This document shows, one piece after another, positions 54,595 to 64,000 of a stretch of 64,000 bases of DNA. The notes beneath the pieces are model-generated. The model ran no database searches. It was not told the origin of the DNA and saw only the letters and a list, made by a program, of their open reading frames with translations. The stretch is from positions 186,001-250,000 of the IMG/VR virus record IMGVR_UViG_3300020442_000005; one strand, 5' to 3'. The stretch's first letter is position 1. Each line of letters starts with the position of its first letter. A program made the position numbers and the translations under genes.

Positions 54595-57400
54595 TGAGGG
54601 TTTCATGGATCATCTCAAAAAGCTTACAAAGCTCGGAGAGATGGGATCAAAGGCCAAGGCAATATTTACAGCATTAACTAGTTTCAAGGATGGCGACGCC
54701 ACAGAAGCTACAATAGCAATAATAGATCTTATGCCTGACAGTGAAGATTCTAAAGGTTTTAAAAGTAAACTTTCTAAGTTCGTAGAAGACAATGGCGAAA
54801 TAATTTCACAGATCAGATCTGCAGCCGATGCCAAGAAAGCTATTCAAGATATTGGTCCGGAAAAGATTGCAAAGTTTTCAGAAAGTGATGAAGGTTCTTG
54901 GCTAAGGGATTTTAAAGCATTTGTCGTAAAAAATTCTGAAAAGTTTGAACAGATACTACAAACTATTTCCAGTGGAGAGCTTGAAGATTTTGAGGAGCTA
55001 GCTGACTTTGAAGTACCCAGTATGGTAAGATCAAAAGCCCAACAGCTTCTTAGCAATGTCGCGGAGAAGGCCGGTGAACAAGCCGACAAGATTTCTGGGT
55101 TCTTAGATATGGTCGCAGAACTACCGATCGCAGATGCTGAAGTGCAGACTGAGTCTCGCAATCTCTTTGTTGCAATGTCGGATTCTGCGTTGAATGAATC
55201 GATTAAGATTCTAGCTGAAAAGTGTTCGAACATTGGCAATGGATATATTGAGGTTGAAATACCGCTCAACAGTTATCCAGACGAGCACACATCAGAAGAC
55301 GGCAGGATGCTTGACTACGGCGGAACAAAGTCAGATTCTCATGAGGGTCGAATGACTAAAGCAAAACTGTTCAGGCTTGCTCAAATGGCGCAAAGCCTGC
55401 ACGATAGAATGGAGGATGGCGATGATCTGCCTGAATGGGTTCAGGATAAGATTACAACTTCTGAAGATAGGATAAGCTCCGCCCATGATTATATTGATTA
55501 TAAATTACGAAGAATTAATGAAGGTGCGACTCTGTCCGAGATAATATTTGAAAGCCTTAGAAGATCTGCTGGTTTGAATCTTATTGCGATTGAAAACAAA
55601 GAAGCCGTCGAGGGAAACAAGGATTATATCTATAAACCGTTAGCTTCAAACCGAGTCAAAGTTTATCCAGCTACTGCGCTTGAAGACGTTTTTCCAACAT
55701 ATGGTAATACATATAAGCAAGCAAGATTAGACAAAGCCAGACAATCGACTGATGCAAAACTTAAAGCGCTTCCTGCAAACTACGCAGACTTAAAATCATA
55801 TCAGAAGGTTGTTTTGGGTATGAGTTCCGATCGTGCTAGCTCACATTCCGGAGGAGTAAAAGAAGATTTTATTGATTTGTTAACTCCATTTGGAATCTTT
55901 GATATTACAGCAGACACTGTTGTTCCTGGAGCTGCAAGACTTACAAGACGGTTTGATTCGAGTTTAGCTGAGGAAGTTCCTTACAACCCAACCCAAGACT
56001 CTGCAGTAATGTTGAGAACCGACGAAAGTGATTTTTTGCTAACAATCGGCGATGAAACTTTTGTAAAAGGCAGGATTTATAATCTGCTTAATAAAACTTT
56101 AAAACGTCGGCTGAAAGGTATTGATTATACACAAAGATATTATGTCAAGCTAGACACATTGTTTACAGAATCCCCAACGGCAGCTGGTGGGTTAGCTTCT
56201 CAATCGGCAGTAACAAACGCATTACAGGTGTATAATGCTTTAACTACTAGTCAAAAAACAGGAATAGCCCAGCTTCTTCAAGTTGATGGACCTTTTGTGA
56301 ATTGGTCAGATGCATTTCGTACTTTGTACAGTAGCGGCCCAGCACCAATCTTTAAAATGCCTAATAGCGATGATATACCTATTTCATCAACATCAAATTG
56401 GGGAAATCTATTTAAAAAGAAAACCGACGATGCTGGAAAGGGTGAATATTTGGCGGCGGCTTTGTTTCCAAACTTGGTTGCAATCGGTGGCGCAGGTGCA
56501 GTTGCTGGTGTTGATCTTTATGATGCAAATTCTGGCGACAAATATGAAGTGAAAGAACCGAACTTTAGATCCGGAACAAAAGGTCGGACAAAACCATCTC
56601 AAGTTATCAAAAGTGTTGAGTCTGCATACGCAGATTTGATCGATGGAATAGCAACGATTAAGGCTACAATAGAAGACGAGTTTGATGTTGCAACAGTCAC
56701 ATCAGAACTTCCCCAGAATGCGCAAAGAGCACAAAAGGTTGAGTATATTAGAACAAAACTAAAATATACCGATGCAGTTCCCGATGACAAGAGAGCCGTA
56801 ATATTTGGTTACTTTGATGCAGCACACAGCGGCAAAGACATTGATGGTGAAGTAATTTCCATGCGGGAAAGGGAAAGTTATTTGAAAACGGCGGTAGAGC
56901 TTTTATACGGTCAAATACTTGACGTTCTTACTGCAGAAAGCGATTATGTCTTGCGTGGTGAACTTCCGGTTTCTAGAATAAACATACTAAGAACAACTTT
57001 TGAGGTGTTAGATATTGCAAAACACTTCAGCGCACTTAGCCGATCAAAACTTAAAAACAATCCGCTTTTCAAAGACGTAATCAAGCGGAATAGAATCGAT
57101 TTTGCAAAGTTTAACGCGAACGTCAGGGACGCATATCTGGCAGCTATCAACCCACAAGATGCTTTTGCCGGCGTGACTGGTATAATGATCGTAACTAAAG
57201 ATGGCTATCGTATATTTAGCCAAGTCATGCTTAAAGAAATGATTATCGATAATTTTGATTCAATCCTAACGAGGGATCAACAAAGAACGTCACTCGGAGC
57301 TAGCGCAAATATCACCCAGGGATTGGTCGGAATGACAGTTAAAAATTGGGAAGCAACAAGAGCGCGTTCTGCAAACAGAAGAAGAAGACCCCAACCATAA
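54566..57400 (+). CDS. large modular protein, probable virion protein, with a PD-(D/E)xK-like segment
   Basis: HEGRM..LPEWVQDKIT module; GKGEY...VDL....YEVK. Confidence 0.7.
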   Translation: MKKLYESSLDEGFMDHLKKLTKLGEMGSKAKAIFTALTSFKDGDATEATIAIIDLMPDSEDSKGFKSKLSKFVEDNGEIISQIRSAADAKKAIQDIGPEKIAKFSESDEGSWLRDFKAFVVKNSEKFEQILQTISSGELEDFEELADFEVPSMVRSKAQQLLSNVAEKAGEQADKISGFLDMVAELPIADAEVQTESRNLFVAMSDSALNESIKILAEKCSNIGNGYIEVEIPLNSYPDEHTSEDGRMLDYGGTKSDSHEGRMTKAKLFRLAQMAQSLHDRMEDGDDLPEWVQDKITTSEDRISSAHDYIDYKLRRINEGATLSEIIFESLRRSAGLNLIAIENKEAVEGNKDYIYKPLASNRVKVYPATALEDVFPTYGNTYKQARLDKARQSTDAKLKALPANYADLKSYQKVVLGMSSDRASSHSGGVKEDFIDLLTPFGIFDITADTVVPGAARLTRRFDSSLAEEVPYNPTQDSAVMLRTDESDFLLTIGDETFVKGRIYNLLNKTLKRRLKGIDYTQRYYVKLDTLFTESPTAAGGLASQSAVTNALQVYNALTTSQKTGIAQLLQVDGPFVNWSDAFRTLYSSGPAPIFKMPNSDDIPISSTSNWGNLFKKKTDDAGKGEYLAAALFPNLVAIGGAGAVAGVDLYDANSGDKYEVKEPNFRSGTKGRTKPSQVIKSVESAYADLIDGIATIKATIEDEFDVATVTSELPQNAQRAQKVEYIRTKLKYTDAVPDDKRAVIFGYFDAAHSGKDIDGEVISMRERESYLKTAVELLYGQILDVLTAESDYVLRGELPVSRINILRTTFEVLDIAKHFSALSRSKLKNNPLFKDVIKRNRIDFAKFNANVRDAYLAAINPQDAFAGVTGIMIVTKDGYRIFSQVMLKEMIIDNFDSILTRDQQRTSLGASANITQGLVGMTVKNWEATRARSANRRRRPQP

Positions 57401-57414
57401 ACTGGACCATAAAA

Positions 57415-58101
57415 ATGATTTTAACTAGAAGCGAATTAAGATATCTTATAAAAGAGGCCGTTGAACAGAAACAGGCAAATGAGTTGGAAAAAAGATATGA
57501 TCAATTTTTCGACAAGGCCGAAGTAGCTGGAGCAGATTTCCTTGAAGATCTTGCTAAAGAAATGAAAGCCGCGGCCGCAGAAGAAAGCCAGAGCTTAGAC
57601 GAAGTGGATCCAATTATTTTGGGTGCCAGTTTCGCCGCAGCAATGCCTATTCTAATGAAGGGAGTTGAGAAGCTTATTGCGTCTATAGCTTCAGGTCTGA
57701 AGGGTATCGATAATTTAGTGATAGGTCGTGGACGGCTTTACGATGCTGGCGAGCGAATGGATCAATGGGTTGATTGGTGGGCAACAAAATCTGAGGAACT
57801 TCATCATGCTTATATTGGTGGAATCGAAAAAATAATCGATGCAGCTTGTTTTATAACTCGCAAAAACCCACCGCAAGAAAGTCGTCACAAAGCAGCTAAA
57901 GCAATATGGACAATGATTGTCGCGTATTTAATGGTTCAGTCTGGAATCGGTGTTCTTAAAGCTGTCGGTCATCACGCTTATGGTATTGCCGGTATTGAAG
58001 GAGTTTTAGCAACGATTAAAGCCGGAGAGATTGGCGTATACCTTTACGACGTGTTTGAAACTCTACTGGCCGCCGGGACTGTGGCGGTTTTAGCAACATA
58101 A
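57415..58101 (+). CDS. leader-motif protein MILTRSELRYLIKEA with hydrophobic C-terminal half
   Basis: Leader motif; Ala/Gly-rich helices. Confidence 0.7.
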   Translation: MILTRSELRYLIKEAVEQKQANELEKRYDQFFDKAEVAGADFLEDLAKEMKAAAAEESQSLDEVDPIILGASFAAAMPILMKGVEKLIASIASGLKGIDNLVIGRGRLYDAGERMDQWVDWWATKSEELHHAYIGGIEKIIDAACFITRKNPPQESRHKAAKAIWTMIVAYLMVQSGIGVLKAVGHHAYGIAGIEGVLATIKAGEIGVYLYDVFETLLAAGTVAVLAT

Positions 58102-58153
58102 AAAAGAGCCGGCTCTCTCGAACCGACTCGTACAAATGAAAGAACTCTTAGGT

Positions 58154-59089
58154 TTAGCGACCTGCGAGTTCTTTCCAGTTTTCGTTGTTGCTCCATGGAC
58201 CTTCAACAAATGGCAATCCTGGGAAACGTCGTGTATAGTTTGGACTTTGTTTCTTACGAAGCTTCCATAACGCGTTTCGGCTATTCTCGGCTCCCACAAC
58301 AGGTGCTAGCATATTTGAAACAAGTGTCGTATCATAATATGCAGACAGCTTATCAAAGAAGTCCTTAGGAATCACTGTGCCAATCAAGTGTTTATAATCT
58401 TTCTGAGAGGCAAAAGTTCCATAAACCTCTTCGATCTCAAAACCCAAATCTTCCATCAAAGCGCCTAGTGCTTCATATGTCATTTCATTGGGATGGTTAT
58501 CAGCCGCACCAGTCTTCTCATCGTAGCAAGGAGTAGAAACCCAGAAAACAGATTCGTCGTGCATCAGGTCCTGGCCTCGTCGAAGAAACTCGTTCGCTTG
58601 CCATGGTTGTACGTGCTCAATAACTTCTAAGCAAACAATGGTATCAAATGTTTTGTTCTCACCAAACTCATGAGTCAAAAAATCTGCACGTGCATGAAGC
58701 TGTACGTTTTTAAGTGAGTTTGATTTACCAGACAGAACAGTGTTTTCCAATCGTTCTGTCCCTCTTGTCTTAAACTTATCAGCAGCTTCCAGACCAACGT
58801 ATTCCGAACATTTTACTCGGTTACAGTGCATTGAATTAAGAAGCTGAAGTTCTGGTCCACATCCAATGTCTAGAACGGATGGTCCATTACCTTCATTTAG
58901 TTTACGAGTCTTTGTAGAAAGAAGATGTTTTCCTACGACGTGTGAATAACGAGCGGCATGTGCGATATAGTCGCGGTGTAATTGAACGCGTTGCATTGCG
59001 GTCTCCACTGATAGATGTGTACGATTAAACTCTTCGCGATATCGCTTGAGTTCCTCTTTGTTGATTTGTTTAGTTTCAATAACTGACAT
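58154..59089 (-). CDS. class I SAM-dependent methyltransferase
   Basis: VLDIGCG, DTIVCLEVIEHV, STP; AAGGAG RBS and own promoter. Confidence 0.85.
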   Translation of the reverse strand: MSVIETKQINKEELKRYREEFNRTHLSVETAMQRVQLHRDYIAHAARYSHVVGKHLLSTKTRKLNEGNGPSVLDIGCGPELQLLNSMHCNRVKCSEYVGLEAADKFKTRGTERLENTVLSGKSNSLKNVQLHARADFLTHEFGENKTFDTIVCLEVIEHVQPWQANEFLRRGQDLMHDESVFWVSTPCYDEKTGAADNHPNEMTYEALGALMEDLGFEIEEVYGTFASQKDYKHLIGTVIPKDFFDKLSAYYDTTLVSNMLAPVVGAENSRNALWKLRKKQSPNYTRRFPGLPFVEGPWSNNENWKELAGR

Positions 59090-59180
59090 TTGTTCTCCTT
59101 GTGAGTATTAACAGTTATATTCTAATGATACACGGTTAAATGTACATGTAGAATATTTTTAAAAAATTTTTGTATTTTCG

Positions 59181-59214
59181 TGTGCTCGTCGCCCTAGTGG
59201 GGTAAATTATATAT
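59181..59214 (+). promoter_or_regulatory. promoter TGT-N19-TAAATTATATAT
   Basis: Recurrent motif. Confidence 0.6.
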
Positions 59215-59231
59215 GAACGCAAACCAGGAGA

Positions 59232-59423
59232 ATGATTATGACTGAATGGAAAATTTATTGGGTTAGAGTGAATGATGACAAGACCGTGGAAAGAGGCGTG
59301 AAGATGATTCTTGCCTCAGACGAACAGGATGCTCGCGAGCGTGGAGACGTTCTCAGCAAGTTGTTTTACACATCTAGATGGTCAATTGAAAAAATCGTTG
59401 AAGTAAAGAAGGAGAATGCATGA
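59232..59423 (+). CDS. hypothetical protein
   Basis: AGGAG RBS. Confidence 0.6.
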   Translation: MIMTEWKIYWVRVNDDKTVERGVKMILASDEQDARERGDVLSKLFYTSRWSIEKIVEVKKENA

Positions 59424-59644
59424 TCAAAAAAGGAAAGTTATATAGATACGCCGAAAACAGTGACACTAATGTTCCATTGGTTGAGGTAAACAAAACTTGG
59501 GATAAACCAGACATCGACCCATATTGTCCAGAGTCTGTGGCAATCGTTGGCATGGTTACCTTTACCTATCTTAGCGGTCCAAAAATCGGAAAAACAAGAT
59601 CAGTTCGAAGAAGAGTATTTTCAACAGTAGCACAGGAGCAATAA
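59420..59644 (+). CDS. hypothetical protein
   Basis: AAGGAG RBS; ATGA overlap. Confidence 0.6.
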   Translation: MIKKGKLYRYAENSDTNVPLVEVNKTWDKPDIDPYCPESVAIVGMVTFTYLSGPKIGKTRSVRRRVFSTVAQEQ

Positions 59645-59829
59645 TGAAAAATTTTGAATATGTCAATGACAATGACATCGTTAGCGTCGCAGTGGGATTT
59701 TTCTTCGCTGTATTTATTGGATTGATTTTTTCTTACGCCATGATTTGGTCAATCGAAAAAGAAATCCAACTTGGGATTCACGGCAAGTCATCCGAATCAT
59801 TAATCAACGGGAAAGGGAGTCGAAAATGA
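59644..59829 (+). CDS. single-TM hypothetical protein
   Basis: AGGAG RBS; TAATG coupling. Confidence 0.6.
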   Translation: MKNFEYVNDNDIVSVAVGFFFAVFIGLIFSYAMIWSIEKEIQLGIHGKSSESLINGKGSRK

Positions 59830-59957
59830 CAAGAGAAACAGAGGACACGATTATGGGCTGGTATATCATTATGGCTGCATTGCTCTTTGCGATTGCAATT
59901 TTTAATGCAACACCAGTTTTGAAAACCAAAACATGCGAATGTACTGAGGTAAACTAA
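59826..59957 (+). CDS. single-TM small protein
   Basis: GGGAG RBS; ATGA overlap. Confidence 0.55.
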   Translation: MTRETEDTIMGWYIIMAALLFAIAIFNATPVLKTKTCECTEVN

Positions 59958-60190
59958 TGGCGATAAGAAAGAAAGAAGATAGAAAAAATCATGTGATCGA
60001 CATTGATTTGACAGGTCCAGAGGGCAACGCGTTTGTGCTGATTGGATATGCGAAACGTTTTTGCAAGCAGCTTGGCTACACCCAGTATAAAACTGATCTG
60101 ATTGTACAAGAAATGATGCTTACGGACTACGAAGGTCTGTTGCATACTTTTGATCGTGAATTTGGAACATTTGTTAATTTGTGGCGATAA
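59957..60190 (+). CDS. phage hypothetical protein (LTGPEGNAF motif)
   Basis: GAGG RBS; TAATG coupling. Confidence 0.65.
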   Translation: MAIRKKEDRKNHVIDIDLTGPEGNAFVLIGYAKRFCKQLGYTQYKTDLIVQEMMLTDYEGLLHTFDREFGTFVNLWR

Positions 60191-60194
60191 TTTG

Positions 60195-60265
60195 TGTGGC
60201 CACCTGACCAACAAGATACATTATATATGTAAGGAGAAACCTTGCAAGTTCATGGAGTAAATATG
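60195..60265 (+). promoter_or_regulatory. promoter plus duplicated 5' leader (copy of 28492..28565)
   Basis: 26-nt identity ttatatatgtaaggagaaaccttgca and shared ggagtaaatATG. Confidence 0.7.
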
Positions 60266-60670
60266 AAAAAAGATATTATTTCGGCCATTCATGCTGCGCG
60301 CGGTAATCGCCCAGCCCTTCTCGCCCTCGCCTCGTTTGAGACGTTAGATCTTGTCGCTGCGGCTTACAATGTCAGCCCGCAATATGCCGCGCCCAAAGTA
60401 GCTCAGCGTCTGTTTGATGCAAAGTCGGTCACAATCAAAGGCTCAAGCCAAACATACGGCAGACGATTCAGTAAGCGATACGATCTCACCGACCAAAATC
60501 AAGCGTGTCAAGCTCTTAAAACCTGGGGTGTGCGATCTCTCTCAAACCGGGTATGGCATCAAGTCGGCAAAGACATCGATGCTTACTATGCGGCTTTTGA
60601 AGCTGACAAAACAGATCTTTTGTCAAGACACACCACTGTCGAGCTCGAGCTCATTCGTCACAGCAAATAA
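60263..60670 (+). CDS. hypothetical protein
   Basis: GGAG RBS; start reassigned. Confidence 0.7.
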   Translation: MKKDIISAIHAARGNRPALLALASFETLDLVAAAYNVSPQYAAPKVAQRLFDAKSVTIKGSSQTYGRRFSKRYDLTDQNQACQALKTWGVRSLSNRVWHQVGKDIDAYYAAFEADKTDLLSRHTTVELELIRHSK

Positions 60671-60684
60671 CCCGGGAGTTATCA

Positions 60685-61047
60685 ATGGCTAAATATAATC
60701 CAGCAAATAACCAGCATCAGGCTTGGCTCGCGCAAAACGTTTTAAGCACTCTCAAAAAGTGGGGTTTCGTCATCGATGAGGAATGTTCAAAAACCTCATG
60801 GGAGTTTGTTTGCTCTCGTGTCGATAGATTCGATGCATCCAAACGCATAATCGTTTACACGTCCATTGACAAAACGTCTGGTGCAATGCGAGACAACGGA
60901 ATGGACAGAATAAGAGTTGTCGTCAAGAAAGATTCTGATAAAACCGGTTTTGCAACTCGTGTTGGGCGTATCAATCGGGTTGGCGAGTTCAAAGCAATCA
61001 CAAGTCGTTTGTGTGAATGCATAATCAAAGCACAAAAAATCAAGTAA
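60685..61047 (+). CDS. hypothetical protein
   Basis: GGGAG RBS. Confidence 0.7.
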   Translation: MAKYNPANNQHQAWLAQNVLSTLKKWGFVIDEECSKTSWEFVCSRVDRFDASKRIIVYTSIDKTSGAMRDNGMDRIRVVVKKDSDKTGFATRVGRINRVGEFKAITSRLCECIIKAQKIK

Positions 61048-61056
61048 GGAGAAAAC

Positions 61057-61389
61057 ATGATTAAAGTTTGTAAACACTGTGGCGAAGATTTTGAAACAAC
61101 ATCCTATGCCAAGAAACAAGCCGGCGGCTATATCAACGAATGCGCTGATTGTGTTGTTGAACTTGGTACTGAGACTGCGGTTCGTTATCGTGGCGTAATC
61201 TCGGGCGATGGAAAAATGGCTGCAATCTCTATCGTGCGTTTTGATAGCGAAGATGATGCAGAGGCATATGTCAAGTCATTCAATGCTAGCGGTGCTTTTG
61301 GCGGCAGAAAAACAAACACATGCAATACAATCAATCACTATCATGTGGGCGCAAATATTGCAAACTCAAATCACAAGGGGAAAAAATAA
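61057..61389 (+). CDS. zinc-ribbon-containing hypothetical protein
   Basis: CKHC...CADC; AAGGAG RBS. Confidence 0.7.
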   Translation: MIKVCKHCGEDFETTSYAKKQAGGYINECADCVVELGTETAVRYRGVISGDGKMAAISIVRFDSEDDAEAYVKSFNASGAFGGRKTNTCNTINHYHVGANIANSNHKGKK

Positions 61390-61403
61390 TATGCGGAATT
61401 CCG

Positions 61404-61437
61404 TGTAATCATATGACCAGTGTGGTAAATTATATAT
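61404..61437 (+). promoter_or_regulatory. promoter TGTAATC-N15-TAAATTATATAT
   Basis: Recurrent motif. Confidence 0.65.
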
Positions 61438-61484
61438 GTAAGAAAAAAACTTACACCTACTAAACCTAGTTCAATGGAGAAACC

Positions 61485-62327
61485 ATGAATACAATTAAAA
61501 TGCTCAATCCCGAGACAAATGAAGTCTCAAACGTCCCAGCTGTACAAGTAACAGATTATCTCGTTTCCGGCTGGATCATCACTGAAGGCGCGCTTACTGA
61601 ATGGTGGGAAACCCAAGGCAAAGAAATCTATGATGACGAGCCTACGGAAACTTACTACGAAGAGGACGTCGACGCCAACGAAGCAATCGATCGCGATTTT
61701 GCGGCTGCTGTCTTTGAAGACGAGACGGACCAAGCTCCGGAGCATACCAAAGAAAATGTTATCCAGGCTCTTCTCGACAACAACATTCTCAATGCGGCTG
61801 TTGCTCACCTTGGCGACTTGCAAACTGCTGACGAGCTAGCTGCTGGCGTGACTAGTCACAATAACGGCGCCGGCTTCTCAGCCGCATATGCGCGCACCGG
61901 TCGTCGATTGTGGCAATGGGTTACTGGTAAAGACGCTAAGTCGATGGAAGAACGTTGGGACAAGAAGTGTCTCAGCCATACTCGAGCCAACGCAGCTTTT
62001 CAGCGCCAAGTTCGCAACTATGATTTTGATACGGCTGTAGAGCTGGCAAGATATGTTTGTTCGTTTCACTGGCGTCAACTGTCTCATATTCTTGAGCCTG
62101 ATTTCGCAGGAATGGATCTACCAAAAGTGGATGAGAAAAAGCGAAACAACTTCGTGCCATCAAAGTGGCTTGATATTACCGGTGCAAAAGTGCTAACAAT
62201 CAAAGGCAACGGTACACAAATCTTGTGGGACAGCCGAAAGATCTGGCTTCCTTCTAGCCAGTTTAAGAATGCAAACGGTAAGATGAGTATTCCTATGTGG
62301 TTGGCTCAGAAGAATGACATGATTTAA
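61485..62327 (+). CDS. hypothetical protein
   Basis: GGAG RBS; 280 aa. Confidence 0.75.
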   Translation: MNTIKMLNPETNEVSNVPAVQVTDYLVSGWIITEGALTEWWETQGKEIYDDEPTETYYEEDVDANEAIDRDFAAAVFEDETDQAPEHTKENVIQALLDNNILNAAVAHLGDLQTADELAAGVTSHNNGAGFSAAYARTGRRLWQWVTGKDAKSMEERWDKKCLSHTRANAAFQRQVRNYDFDTAVELARYVCSFHWRQLSHILEPDFAGMDLPKVDEKKRNNFVPSKWLDITGAKVLTIKGNGTQILWDSRKIWLPSSQFKNANGKMSIPMWLAQKNDMI

Positions 62328-62349
62328 GGATCGACTTGTTCTGTCGACG

Positions 62350-62373
62350 GGAGGTGCTTGCACCTCCTTTTTT
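62350..62373 (+). terminator. intrinsic terminator
   Basis: ggaggtg-cttg-cacctcc plus T run. Confidence 0.85.
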
Positions 62374-62445
62374 ATTATGGTTTTCATATACTTTTGTCCT
62401 CAAACTGTATAATTATACTTTGTTAATGATGGGCTGAGATGTTTC

Positions 62446-63252
62446 ATGAAAAATTATGTTTTAAGAAAAATCATATCAAATTTGATTGTTGAGAACTTTA
62501 AGGTCAGAGGTTATATAAAGCCGGCTGAGAGTTTTCACTCCCTTGGCGAATTACAGGCCATGGCAAATTATGTTTTAAATCTTCAGCGTGCTGGCTATGA
62601 CGCGAGGGATAAAAATTCTGGACTGTTATTGAATTTGCTCTACGAATATATGCCCCATATTGAAGACGATATAGAAAGATACGGTGCGAGATTTGACATA
62701 ACAAATGTATATAACTTTTTAGAAGATTTTGCAAACCATCGAGTCTGGTCCTTTGAAGACCAGTTTGGCCAATATTTCCCGGACATAGGTAGTTTAAGAT
62801 TCTCGTATTTTTATTCTAGGGGAGACATGGAACCATATGTGCTTCTGGATGAGAACTACACAAAGCAATTGTATGGATCCACAGATAATGTATACACTGT
62901 GAAACATTATACTACCGAAGCTGGATTGCAAAACATAGAAGCATCAATCCAAACTGGAAAACCTTTTGATATATCATGCTTCACTGCCATGAAAAAGGAA
63001 TACTTTGACAAGAAATCAAATATTTTATTGACGCTCAAAGGTAACGTGAGGGCTGGCTTTAGATCTGACGTAAAATCTTTTGCTGTCGACAACGGTAGGA
63101 GAGCATGCAACTTATTTAGACTCGGATATCCGGGGGAAGAAACAAATATCTGCGAAAACTTAGATGGATGCGAAGACAATGCTACGTCTATTTGGAATGA
63201 ATATATCGCGACACCATTAGAAATTATCAAAGTAGAGGTATTAAACAGATGA
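62446..63252 (+). CDS. leader-variant protein, possible ADP-ribosyltransferase fold
   Basis: LRKIISNLIVE leader; KHYTT..GL..I, DISCFT, WNEYI. Confidence 0.4.
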   Translation: MKNYVLRKIISNLIVENFKVRGYIKPAESFHSLGELQAMANYVLNLQRAGYDARDKNSGLLLNLLYEYMPHIEDDIERYGARFDITNVYNFLEDFANHRVWSFEDQFGQYFPDIGSLRFSYFYSRGDMEPYVLLDENYTKQLYGSTDNVYTVKHYTTEAGLQNIEASIQTGKPFDISCFTAMKKEYFDKKSNILLTLKGNVRAGFRSDVKSFAVDNGRRACNLFRLGYPGEETNICENLDGCEDNATSIWNEYIATPLEIIKVEVLNR

Positions 63253-63605
63253 GAACATGGAAACCATTATTTTTTGAAAACAGTTCGCTGCCATTGATTC
63301 TTTCCGTAGTGGCGCCAATTGATATCGGAGCTATCACACTTGGACCATTCGTATTTTCGCGTGGAGAAATGTCTGAGGTCACTAAAAATCATGAAGCAAT
63401 CCATTGGCAGCAATATATAGAAACCGGGATTATTGGTTTTGTGTTGCTATACTTGCTTTACTGGGTGATTGGTTTGATAAAATACAGAGATGGACAAAAG
63501 GCATACTACCAGATACCCTTTGAACAAGAGGCATATGAAAATCACGAGGATATGGAATATTGCCTAACCAGAAAAAGATATGAATGGTTCCGGAGAAGCA
63601 TCTAA
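63249..63605 (+). CDS. HExxH metallopeptidase-like membrane protein
   Basis: NHEAIHWQQ, TM segment, PFEQEAY. Confidence 0.6.
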   Translation: MRTWKPLFFENSSLPLILSVVAPIDIGAITLGPFVFSRGEMSEVTKNHEAIHWQQYIETGIIGFVLLYLLYWVIGLIKYRDGQKAYYQIPFEQEAYENHEDMEYCLTRKRYEWFRRSI

Positions 63606-64000
63606 TGTGGCAGCTAAGAAAATACATACGGAATTTATTGTTTGAAAATTTATCAGACGCAACTATTCCACCTCCACCAAAGGAATCAATCGAAGAGTTA
63701 AGTTCGGTTATTAACCAGTACTACGACCGTGTTAACGATGATTCTGTTCAGTACGATTTAGACGAAAGGATGGAATTGCTGTTTAACGAAGTGGTCGAAA
63801 AGAACAGTGGGGAAAACGTTGTTGAATATGTCAAGGAACTAAAGACGCATCCACTGGAAATAGTGTCAGCACTCAAGGAATACTTTGCAAGAAAAAGACC
63901 CGAAGATGTCGCCGCAGATTTTGGTATTGACTGGAAGAGTGATAGCGTTGATATGAAAACTATTAACAACAGTTATTCATATCCATCCGGTCACACTGCT
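63605..64000 (+). CDS. PAP2-family phosphatase, truncated by the window end (not in ORF track)
   Basis: TAATG coupling; leader LRKYIRNLLFE; LKEYFARKRP and YPSGH motifs. Confidence 0.75.
   Translation, partial: MWQLRKYIRNLLFENLSDATIPPPPKESIEELSSVINQYYDRVNDDSVQYDLDERMELLFNEVVEKNSGENVVEYVKELKTHPLEIVSALKEYFARKRPEDVAADFGIDWKSDSVDMKTINNSYSYPSGHTA

Noticed and set aside
58104-58120. Palindrome agagccggctct between convergent genes as a terminator
   Set aside because: It has no loop and only a short stem; plausible but not supportable.

Overview
A gene-dense, AT-rich 64-kb segment, best read as part of a large (jumbo-type) tailed dsDNA phage genome in genetic code 11. There are no rRNA or ribosomal-protein genes. 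Content in order: (1) the C-terminal part of a DnaE-type polymerase; (2) a nucleotide-modification block with a T4 gp42-like dCMP hydroxymethylase, dUTPase, NDP-sugar epimerase, DHH phosphoesterase and dCMP deaminase; (3) many probable virion/head-internal proteins sharing two short peptide signatures, an N-terminal MK(I/L)TKxQLRRIIxE-type helix and an RxxxLAG(I/L) motif; (4) GroEL, a sigma-70 factor whose region 4.2 appears to be a separate gene, peptide deformylase and a UV-damage endonuclease; (5) a coupled metK-queF-like-metH-ahcY operon encoding the whole SAM/methionine cycle, followed by an MBD4-like glycosylase; (6) six canonical tRNAs, two atypical tRNA-like structures and cysK; (7) three lipoproteins, a CodA-like deaminase, an orphan methyltransferase and small accessory genes. 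A fixed-spacing promoter motif (TGT-N19-TAWAWTATA) and a palindromic TATAATTATA element recur between genes. All family assignments come from motif recognition by eye; no database search was run.
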